From the NCBI GenBank assembly GCA_018818345.1, contig JAHISI010000016.1, positions 1 through 46,694 of the forward strand: a DNA stretch of 46,694 nt, read 5' to 3'. Source of the DNA: Patescibacteria group bacterium. Lineage in GTDB: Bacteria; Patescibacteriota; Dojkabacteria; SC72. This document shows positions 18,888-26,004 of this stretch, piece after piece. Below the pieces are notes generated by a model. The model was not told the origin of the DNA and did not search any database. It was given only the letters and a program-made list of their open reading frames with translations. The first letter of the stretch is position 1, and each line of letters begins with the position of its first letter. The translations under genes were made by a program, and so were the position numbers.

Positions 18888-20579
18888 TTAGAATTTTTTA
18901 ATTTTAGATATTAAACCTTTGAATTGATACTTTCTAATTGCTTTTACAAAATCTTTGTCTTCAAAGTACTTCTTTTCGACCATTAATAGATCGATTCTAT
19001 TAAATCCTAGTCCTGTTTCTCTTATCTCATCTGTATTTCGATGTTGTATGATCATTGCATCTAAAGAAGCGTTTACTTTAAGGCCTTCTATTGCCTTCCA
19101 TTTCTCTAGGCCTTTATTTATATCTAACCCATTGATTCTTATGCCTTCATCTTTGTATTCTCCGATAACGGCATCTTGTTTGAGGTACGATCCAAAGAGT
19201 GATTTCTTACGAAGTAGGGTAGGAATGTCTTGTGTACTATTACCTACAATTACTATCTGCTTTGTATTATTGCCTTTAACTAGCGCTTTTACATATTTCT
19301 CATATACTTCTTCTCTAGATTCTCCGATAACTGGATACACATTGAGATATGCTTCGGGCATGATATTGATTTCAATTATTCCGCCATTCTCTTGTGTAAG
19401 AGGTTTTGATATGTCCTGACAAAGGATATCGACACCTAACGTAAATGCATGGATAGAGGAAGCTATACTTTCTACGATTGCTTTAATCTCAGGTCCAACC
19501 TTTTCTGTAAAGTCTTCTGTGATACCACCTTGGCTCATACTTGCTACCTTTCTAACATAGATTTTCTGTTCTTTCTTAGGAATAGATTCTAATGTAAGTT
19601 TTTGGTCTTTGAGATATGAGAGTAGGGGTTCATCGATTATTATTGGTTTAAGTGTATGGGTTGGATTGGTTACATCCCTTCGAGGGTCAGTATTGGTTAC
19701 TTCTATTAATTCTTTTATTGTACTCTTGCCATTTCCTACAATGAAAGCAGGGATTCTCTTCGTGGTTATTTCTAGATGACCATCTATAACCAAGAGCCTG
19801 TAATCTTCCCCTTTGATTTGTTCTTGCATCATTATCTTGTTCTGCCATTCTTTCCCGATGTGTTTGCTACATGCCTTTTGTGCAAATTTGAATGCGTCCT
19901 TAGCTTCTTCTATAGTTTTGATACTTGTTACTACTCCATGTCCGCCAACTAAGCCAACAGGCTTAATGACTACGGGTTTTTCATATTGGCTCCAAATCTC
20001 TTCGAGTTGAGTAATATTATCTACTACTTGCCATTTAGGAATAGGGAGGCCCATACGCTCAATCATTAAATTACTTGCCCACTTATCTTTTTGTATTGTT
20101 TGAGCAATCTTCGAATCTTTACTAGAGGACACGGAATACAGGATCTCGGAGTGTTTTCCTACACCAATTGTGTAATGTCTATTGTATCCTTTCGAATATG
20201 TTACTCTCTGGTCTTGAACTAAAGTAGGCGTTGTTTCAAGTCCTAGCTTGTTTGCAATGTGTAGGATGGGGATGGTAACCATGGAGAGAAGTCTCTGTTT
20301 TATGACCTCTTCTAATGTATATTTTTTTGCTTCTTCATAGCTCATCTTTCCATTATCTAGAGCTACAATTATCTCTCCAAGTTCTCTCCAGAGAGATGTC
20401 ATTTGAGAACGTATGCTTAGGATATCATTTTCAAACTTATATTCTCTAATGAACAAAGGATGAAATCCCTTGAGCATTTCTAAATATTTTACAATCGCAT
20501 CTGATTTATGGACGTTGAGTTTAATAACTGAGAGATCTGATTCTAGATTGAGACCTTGTAGAACTTGCACGTTACTCAT
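18888..20579 (-). CDS. Cyanophycin-synthetase-like protein: CphA N-domain + ATP-grasp (G) domain + truncated degenerate Mur-ligase remnant
   Basis: 563 aa. PVVIKP, EDYRLLVIDG..RIPAFIVGNGKSTIKELIEVTNTDPRR and QDISKPL..GGIIEIN align closely with my recollection of CphA1 (PVVIKP, DHRVLVVNG..RIPAHVTGDGTSTITELIDKTNQDPNRG, SDISKPL..VIVEVN). Where CphA has the P-loop AVTGTNGKTTT, this protein has IVGNSTQD, and it ends about 115 aa later. Confidence 0.8.
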   Translation of the reverse strand: MSNVQVLQGLNLESDLSVIKLNVHKSDAIVKYLEMLKGFHPLFIREYKFENDILSIRSQMTSLWRELGEIIVALDNGKMSYEEAKKYTLEEVIKQRLLSMVTIPILHIANKLGLETTPTLVQDQRVTYSKGYNRHYTIGVGKHSEILYSVSSSKDSKIAQTIQKDKWASNLMIERMGLPIPKWQVVDNITQLEEIWSQYEKPVVIKPVGLVGGHGVVTSIKTIEEAKDAFKFAQKACSKHIGKEWQNKIMMQEQIKGEDYRLLVIDGHLEITTKRIPAFIVGNGKSTIKELIEVTNTDPRRDVTNPTHTLKPIIIDEPLLSYLKDQKLTLESIPKKEQKIYVRKVASMSQGGITEDFTEKVGPEIKAIVESIASSIHAFTLGVDILCQDISKPLTQENGGIIEINIMPEAYLNVYPVIGESREEVYEKYVKALVKGNNTKQIVIVGNSTQDIPTLLRKKSLFGSYLKQDAVIGEYKDEGIRINGLDINKGLEKWKAIEGLKVNASLDAMIIQHRNTDEIRETGLGFNRIDLLMVEKKYFEDKDFVKAIRKYQFKGLISKIKKF

Positions 20580-20589
20580 AATGGTAGAC

Positions 20590-21579
20590 TTATAATTTAT
20601 TTGTGTACTTATCTCTAATATATTCCATAATAGGGATGGCGACCTTCACCTTTTCACCCTTGTCAGCTTTGTAATGTAATCTTAATCCAGGGTTGTAGTT
20701 AATTTCATTAATTCCACACTTACCTGGTTTTGTTATATCTTCTGCAATGATATCTACACCCCCAAATTCTAAATCAAGAGCCTTAACGGCCTTCACAGCG
20801 AGCTCTTTGTAGTATGGATCCACGATGGATGCGCACTCTTCTGTAGTGCCTCCAGTGGTGAGGTTACAATTGTATCTGAGAGTTATAACTTGGCCTTCGT
20901 CAGGAATGGTATCTAATGTAAGGTCGGCATTTTTTAATCGTATTTCCACTTCGGAATCTATTGGAATTGGCTTGAGAATGAGTAGACTACGCTCTTTATT
21001 TGAAATATCAATTAATTCTCTTATAGTGTTCTTACTATTACCAATAACCACAGGAGCCTTCCTCCAGACTATTCCAACAACGTTTTCACCAACTACTAGG
21101 AAGCGATAGTTCTCTCCTTTTATGAATTCTTCTCCTAGTACTTTTACTTCTCCTTTTGATCTGTCTTTTTCTAAAGCTTCGTTAAAAGAAGAAATCACTT
21201 GCTCTTCAGTTTCTGGGAGTAGGGTAATGCCTTTTCCTCCGAGTTGTTGTGAGGGTTTTATTACAATGTCTTTGTACTTATTGAAGAACTTTATAGCATC
21301 GATAGCGCTACTCAAGCCTTCTTGCTTTGGGACATCTACACCATATGAACTTAATACCATGTTAGTTAAGTTTTTACGTTTTGAAATGGTAGCACTTGGG
21401 GAGGAGGTTAGTGGGGTGACTGTGTTTATAATGAACCAATGCTTATCTCCAACCTCAAACTTAGCAATTAGGCTTCTCACAACTATTGAATACTTGATAC
21501 TTAAGATATCTGCAGCTTCTACATAGTATGCTAAATGCACATTACCAGCCTCTTTCAAATATTCTTCGTATGTTTTCAT
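20590..21579 (-). CDS. Stand-alone cyanophycin-synthetase G-domain-like ATP-grasp ligase
   Basis: 329 aa. IVIKPSQQLGGKGI, ENYRFLVVGE, VVIGNSKNTIRELID, NLTTGGT and GGVDIIAEDITKP..INEINYNPGLRLH parallel the CphA ATP-grasp domain. The ATG overlaps the upstream stop (TAATG). Confidence 0.75.
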   Translation of the reverse strand: MKTYEEYLKEAGNVHLAYYVEAADILSIKYSIVVRSLIAKFEVGDKHWFIINTVTPLTSSPSATISKRKNLTNMVLSSYGVDVPKQEGLSSAIDAIKFFNKYKDIVIKPSQQLGGKGITLLPETEEQVISSFNEALEKDRSKGEVKVLGEEFIKGENYRFLVVGENVVGIVWRKAPVVIGNSKNTIRELIDISNKERSLLILKPIPIDSEVEIRLKNADLTLDTIPDEGQVITLRYNCNLTTGGTTEECASIVDPYYKELAVKAVKALDLEFGGVDIIAEDITKPGKCGINEINYNPGLRLHYKADKGEKVKVAIPIMEYIRDKYTNKL

Positions 21580-23036
21580 TATTTAAATGTTTTACTCGTA
21601 TCAATTAAGTAATCTCTTAAGTCATTTCTACCTAAGGTGACAGAATGTGTACTGTCTTCGGTTACAATCATCTCGAGGTCTCGAATCTCTCCTGAAATCT
21701 TTACTTTAACAATGATAACAGGTCTGATTACAATTTGCCCATCTTCAAAGATTTTTGCCAAACGTATAATATATTCGTCACTTGTACTATTCTTGCTGTA
21801 TTCATCGATATAGTCTTGAGCATCTGTAAAAGTATCAAAAGTTTTAGGACATTTGAGATAATCAAACTGTCTCATTGTTTCAAAATATCCCATTCGTGAT
21901 ACATAGCTTCTGGATATACGAGAAGTTATAGCTCCTGTATCTACAAATGCAGTGGTAAGTTCTCTGTCTTTGTTTTCATTCTTACTACCTTCTTTGTATG
22001 ATTTGTAGTAAAGGGTTATCTTCTCATTAATATTTATAACCTTTCTTCCACTAATAGCTTCAATGCTGTCTTCGACTTCACCGCCAAAGAGGTTTTTTGC
22101 TACTCTAATTCCATGCTTAATACTTTTTACAGAAAGCCCTTTGATTTTTTCTAATCTCCATTTTAATCCGGCTTGGTTGGCTACTTGTATACCAAGACCA
22201 GGTCTAGCATTTAGCTCAAATACAATTGGACCTTTGTCTGCATCTAATGCTATATCTACACCTACATATCCAAGCTTGCTTGCTTTTTGACATCTTACAG
22301 CTATATCCAATATCTTGTCCCAATCAGGTATCTGAACGCCTGAAAGTTTTTTGTTAATTTTTAGATCTTGAGTCGAATCGATCATCTCATATGTATCACT
22401 TAAGAACGATTTATTGTTCATGTGCATAGAGTAGGTGGTTATACCTGTTCCAATGTCTATACCGGTACATATCGCTCCTGAGTGGAGATTGGCGGTACCA
22501 TTAGATCTTCTAGTAGGTATTCTAATCATGGCCATAATCGGTACTAGGTTGAAGCAGATGATTCTTAAATCGGGTACGCCTTTGTAGGAGTATTGTTTTA
22601 GGAATGAATCTGTTCGGACTCTTTCTTCGATGATTGCGATGTCACTTCTTTCGCCCATTGAGAATCTTCCTTCAAGGATATTTTCAATGTGTAAAGTGAG
22701 ATCTTTCTTTGATAGTACCTCTCCGCCTGGTCTAATCCATGCTAATTCTCCTTTTTTACGACCATAGAGGACGAGGATTCCATTCCCACCAGTTCCTTGA
22801 TTAGGTTTAATTACGAAGCTTTTTGGTAATGACTCCCAATCTAAGAAGGCTAATTGCTTTCTGTTTTTTATTAACTTGTATACTTCAGAGGTTTGTATTC
22901 CTTCTCTAGCCAATAGCTTCTTTGTAGCTATCTTGTTGTCTGCTAGTGCCTTAGCTTTTGGATGGTTGTATGGACGAACATATTCCTGATTTCGTCTATT
23001 GAGCCCTAATACTTCGTTCATTCTACTTCTGAACAT
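21579..23036 (-). CDS. Alpha-L-glutamate-ligase-like ATP-grasp fused to C-terminal retropepsin-like (DTGA, DUF785/RimB-like) domain
   Basis: 485 aa. The N-terminus (GLNRRNQEYVRPYNHPKAKALADNKIATKKLL), VIKPNQGTGGNGI and VFELNARPGL resemble the RimK-related alpha-L-glutamate ligase-like family. The C-terminal region of about 160 aa carries FVDTGA (21930-21941) and a terminal LGRNDL..YLID, like DUF785 peptidases. Confidence 0.75.
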   Translation of the reverse strand: MFRSRMNEVLGLNRRNQEYVRPYNHPKAKALADNKIATKKLLAREGIQTSEVYKLIKNRKQLAFLDWESLPKSFVIKPNQGTGGNGILVLYGRKKGELAWIRPGGEVLSKKDLTLHIENILEGRFSMGERSDIAIIEERVRTDSFLKQYSYKGVPDLRIICFNLVPIMAMIRIPTRRSNGTANLHSGAICTGIDIGTGITTYSMHMNNKSFLSDTYEMIDSTQDLKINKKLSGVQIPDWDKILDIAVRCQKASKLGYVGVDIALDADKGPIVFELNARPGLGIQVANQAGLKWRLEKIKGLSVKSIKHGIRVAKNLFGGEVEDSIEAISGRKVININEKITLYYKSYKEGSKNENKDRELTTAFVDTGAITSRISRSYVSRMGYFETMRQFDYLKCPKTFDTFTDAQDYIDEYSKNSTSDEYIIRLAKIFEDGQIVIRPVIIVKVKISGEIRDLEMIVTEDSTHSVTLGRNDLRDYLIDTSKTFK

Positions 23037-23691
23037 TGTCTTTGTTTTGGCTAATTGATTTAAATCTGAACAGATCCTTCACTCTTAATCCTGCAAACTG
23101 GCCAATGAAGATGTTAAATACAATTAGAAGAGGAACAATCCAGAGGTTGTTTATGAAATACTCAGATACTGCATCTCTGGTTATGACAAACCATCCTAAT
23201 GCAGCTATGATTACGGTACTTGAAAGAATCATAACTGAGGACTTGAAGGATTTTTTAACATATTGCTTTATGAAGAAGTCTGAAAGTGCGGCAATTGAAA
23301 TTACTGCCAATCCGGAGATATTTGTCATGTTTTCTAAACCTAGACCAAATCTTTCTACAACAATGAAGAATACCACTAACATTATGGCTAGCAAACAATA
23401 GTTTACAGCTATCCTGGCGATGTAGTGCATACGTACTTTTCTAAGGATAGTGTATGAGAGTAGGGTAGTTAGTATGACGATTAGGGTTATGGCTAATCCA
23501 TATTTAAGTCCAGTATATGAATATGCAATTGCCAAGATTATTGGCGCATATATTCCATATGTTTTGGACCCTATGACGTATCTAGCTATACTTACAATGG
23601 TAGCTACGATCATTACAGCGAGTAACAATTCAAGTACCTGTTGAGGAACGCCAGTCGTAATCATCCATTGTGTAAAAGGTGTATAGGTCAT
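23023..23691 (-). CDS. Stand-alone 7-TM membrane protein (7TM module of the type usually fused to an inactive transglutaminase)
   Basis: 222 aa with seven hydrophobic helices countable by eye and a basic C-terminal tail. First gene of the operon, overlapping the next gene by 14 nt. Family assignment is from memory of the ATP-grasp-associated 7TM family and is tentative. No obvious SD. Confidence 0.6.
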   Translation of the reverse strand: MTYTPFTQWMITTGVPQQVLELLLAVMIVATIVSIARYVIGSKTYGIYAPIILAIAYSYTGLKYGLAITLIVILTTLLSYTILRKVRMHYIARIAVNYCLLAIMLVVFFIVVERFGLGLENMTNISGLAVISIAALSDFFIKQYVKKSFKSSVMILSSTVIIAALGWFVITRDAVSEYFINNLWIVPLLIVFNIFIGQFAGLRVKDLFRFKSISQNKDNVQK

Positions 23692-23731
23692 TGAAATATA
23701 TGTGTATTAAATTAAGGCAGATTCTGGTTAG

Positions 23732-23761
23732 ATTATACTTAATTTGGGGTGTATTTGTCGA
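23732..23761 (-). promoter_or_regulatory. Candidate sigma70-type promoter of the 7TM/ATP-grasp operon
   Basis: On the minus strand: TCGACA, 18-nt spacer, TATAAT. The -10 lies about 40 nt upstream of the 7TM start codon. Confidence 0.45.
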
Positions 23762-23790
23762 TGGGAGTTCAGAAATTCATAATTATCAGA

Positions 23791-23812
23791 AGGACTGACC
23801 TAGGTCAGTCCT
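23791..23812. repeat. Perfect 22-bp palindrome AGGACTGACCTAGGTCAGTCCT
   Basis: Verified self-complementary by hand. It lies about 30 nt upstream of the candidate -35 of the ATP-grasp operon. Confidence 0.9.
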
Positions 23813-23975
23813 GTCTAACCAATTTTTCCAATAAAACCAGTGTAGGGAAGGGAAAACGCACATTTGGTACTGTGCAGATAATTAGAAAAACAGGGTAATC
23901 TGATATAGCACTAAATTGCAAAAAGTGATCGCCAAGCCCGTCCAATCCAATGTAAAATGGCTTTGCACATTAATG

Positions 23976-23996
23976 AGGACTGACCTAGGTCTGACC
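23976..23996. repeat. Degenerate second copy of the palindrome (AGGACTGACCTAGGTCTGACC)
   Basis: It shares the first 16 nt with the 23791 copy, 185 nt away, and lies just downstream (minus sense) of the rplL terminator. Confidence 0.7.
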
Positions 23997-24011
23997 TTTT
24001 TGTTTATTAAT

Positions 24012-24037
24012 AAAAAAGAGCCATATTGCTATGGCTC
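24012..24037 (-). terminator. Intrinsic terminator after rplL
   Basis: Minus strand: GAGCCAT-AGCAAT-ATGGCTC followed by TTTTTT, about 28 nt after the rplL stop. Confidence 0.7.
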
Positions 24038-24064
24038 CTCTTACGATCTATCTATGTAGAACTA

Positions 24065-24469
24065 TTATTTCAATTCTACAGTTGCACCTGCTTCTTCAAA
24101 TTTTGCTTTGATAGCTTCTGCATCTTCCTTTTTGACACCTTCTTTGACTGTCTGAGGAGCTGCATCAACCATATCCTTAGCTTCTTTGAGACCAAGTTCT
24201 GTGATTTCTCTTACAACTTTGATAACAGAGATCTTCTGTGCGCCAGCGTCTTTAAGAACAATGTCAAACATTGTTTTCTCTTCGACTTCTTCTGCTGGTG
24301 CTGCTGCTACTCCTGCTACTGCAACTGGAGCTGCTGCACTTACTCCAAACTTGTCTTCCATAACTTTGACTAAGTCTGCGAGTTCAAGCACTGTCATCTT
24401 CTCTACTATTTCCATAACTTTCTTTGCGTTCTCAGAAAGCTCTGGTAATGTTTTTGCTTCGTCTGCCAT
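24065..24469 (-). CDS. rplL: 50S ribosomal protein L7/L12
   Basis: 134 aa with an Ala/Val-rich hinge ([17 protein letters not shown]). The conserved C-terminal domain reads [24 protein letters not shown]...EAGATVELK. Confidence 0.97.
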   Translation of the reverse strand: MADEAKTLPELSENAKKVMEIVEKMTVLELADLVKVMEDKFGVSAAAPVAVAGVAAAPAEEVEEKTMFDIVLKDAGAQKISVIKVVREITELGLKEAKDMVDAAPQTVKEGVKKEDAEAIKAKFEEAGATVELK

Positions 24470-24509
24470 TTTTGTAGATATGTATAAATTAAATAACTAA
24501 ATTATGTCC

Positions 24510-25031
24510 TTAAGCATCCTTTTCAGAAATGCCCTTTAGAACCATTGTTAAACCTCTGACATTGCCAGTAACGGCATTCATAAAGCCAGAGAGTGGGGCG
24601 ACCATAGTGCCCAGTAACTTACCAAGTAATACTTCTCTTGAAGGAATATCTGCTAATTGCATTACTCTTTCTGCTGTCAAAAACTCTCCTTCATATACAC
24701 CACCTCTTGCTTCAAAAAGCTTGGTAACTTTTTGTGCTTCTTTTACTAATTTTGCTGGAGCTGTTGGATCTTCATCAAAGAATATAATTGCAGTAGGACC
24801 ATCAAACTCTTGTGTTTGTAATGGTTGTTCTGCTTCTTGTAGTGCTATTTTAAAGATACTATTCTTTACTACTTCGTAGTTAGCACCTACACCTTTTAAC
24901 TGGATCTTAAGGCCTGTTACAGTCTTAGTATCTGTCTTTTCAGAGTTGATTAAAAGATATCCAACCTTGTTTTTAAGGATTTCTTTATATCCATTTAATA
25001 ACTCCGTTTTTTGGGAACGTGTCTTAGACAT
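24510..25031 (-). CDS. rplJ: 50S ribosomal protein L10
   Basis: 173 aa immediately upstream of rplL, with an L10-like pattern (ELLNGYKEILKN..., ...LLGKLLGTMVAPLSGFMNAL-type helix). Confidence 0.95.
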   Translation of the reverse strand: MSKTRSQKTELLNGYKEILKNKVGYLLINSEKTDTKTVTGLKIQLKGVGANYEVVKNSIFKIALQEAEQPLQTQEFDGPTAIIFFDEDPTAPAKLVKEAQKVTKLFEARGGVYEGEFLTAERVMQLADIPSREVLLGKLLGTMVAPLSGFMNAVTGNVRGLTMVLKGISEKDA

Positions 25032-25115
25032 ATTTATTATTTATTAATTGAATTCACTATTTACCTCACAAGGATTTATTCTATACCTTGTTTCTTAGGT
25101 TAATATATGGCTTGG

Positions 25116-25144
25116 ATTATATCAGTAGAATGGGGTAGGGTCAA
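25116..25144 (-). promoter_or_regulatory. Candidate rplJL promoter
   Basis: Minus strand: TTGACC, 17-nt spacer, TATAAT. This is the same architecture as the rpmG promoter candidate. It leaves a leader of about 75 nt containing the hairpin ACAAGG...CCTTGT. Confidence 0.6.
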
Positions 25145-25145
25145 G

Positions 25146-25249
25146 GACTTGCTCGGAAAGGTGGATCTATGAAATATTCAAAAAACTACGCGTAGTTTTT
25201 AATTTTCTGAATAAATACATTCATGATCCACCCTCCGGGTTCGCAAGTC
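25146..25249 (-). terminator. Compound about 104-nt hairpin with a nested bidirectional terminator-like palindrome
   Basis: The outer arms GACTTGC..CGG..GGTGGATC (25146-25167) and GATCCACC..CCG..GCAAGTC (25225-25249) form about 18 bp. The apex contains the perfect 20-nt palindrome AAAAACTACGCGTAGTTTTT (25181-25200). It sits between the orphan gene stop and the rplJ -35. Confidence 0.5.
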
Positions 25250-25264
25250 TACCGATTTGTTATA

Positions 25265-25714
25265 TTACCAGTTGAGGTCTTCCATAAATATGGAAGGACT
25301 CAGCCCGACAAGGGATGGAATAATTTGAAGCTCCTCGCCCTCATATCTTTGTTGCTTTCTGGGCTTTTTGGGGAATGCTGGTTCCTGTTTGATATACGAT
25401 AAAGAGGTTTCATCATTCTTTTTCACCTCACGGAAGTAAAACAGTATTCCTTCTTTAGTGCAAATTTTGATTGTATTCCAACACTTTCGTTTGTTTGAAA
25501 TAATATGGAAAACACGTTCTCCCATATGTAGGATAGTACCATCAATCCAGGGAATAATTTTCTCCTTAGTTTGCGGAATATCCTTTTCCAAAAAACATGG
25601 AGGTTCTGAAAATGGTTTTAAACTTTTCGAAACTACCTTTGTTTGATATGGATGGGGATCCCCTTGTCGAGGGCATTCCTTGCAGAATTTAGTGTTGCCA
25701 CATAAATTACACAT
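25265..25714 (-). CDS. Hypothetical protein with N-terminal CxxC..CxxC zinc-ribbon-like motif
   Basis: 149-aa ORF with a good SD (AAGGGAG 8 nt upstream of the ATG). The N-terminus is MCNLCGNTKFCKEC. No family recognised. Confidence 0.55.
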   Translation of the reverse strand: MCNLCGNTKFCKECPRQGDPHPYQTKVVSKSLKPFSEPPCFLEKDIPQTKEKIIPWIDGTILHMGERVFHIISNKRKCWNTIKICTKEGILFYFREVKKNDETSLSYIKQEPAFPKKPRKQQRYEGEELQIIPSLVGLSPSIFMEDLNW

Positions 25715-26004
25715 CTTTTACACTCCCTTATGATTATGAAATGAGCAACGATAGGTCGGTAGACCTGTTGCCTAGATATTCTATCCTATAGATATGGGGT
25801 TGTAAAGATATATTGTGATAAATAGGGGGATTCAAGAGCGAGTTGGGTGATTTATATAATTAAAGAGTTTAGATGGCTCACGTGTTGCCTCTAAGGTCTA
25901 CTATTAATTTGTCTCTCAACTCGCTCTCTTTTGTCTTTTTGCTCTTGTTTAGGGTTTGTTTCAGTGTGTTACTTACAGAGATAAATGGAGATTATGTTAT
26001 TTAA

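Noticed and set aside
17933-21579. The ATP-grasp genes being ordinary peptidoglycan or central-metabolism enzymes (Ddl, PurK/PurT, carbamoyl-phosphate synthase, glutathione synthetase).
   Set aside because: Two of them align segment by segment with the cyanophycin synthetase ATP-grasp domain as I remember it. The others show RimK-type C-terminal motifs. None shows the Ddl or PurK signature patterns I know. This still needs a profile search.
23840-23990. Two short minus-strand peptides beginning Met-Cys (19 and 25 codons), considered as possible precursor peptides for the ATP-grasp enzymes (graspetide-like).
   Set aside because: They have no Shine-Dalgarno element, unlike most genes here, and no Thr/Ser/Asp/Glu/Lys-rich core typical of ATP-grasp-modified peptides. 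One ORF reads through the 22-bp palindrome. They are probably chance ORFs.
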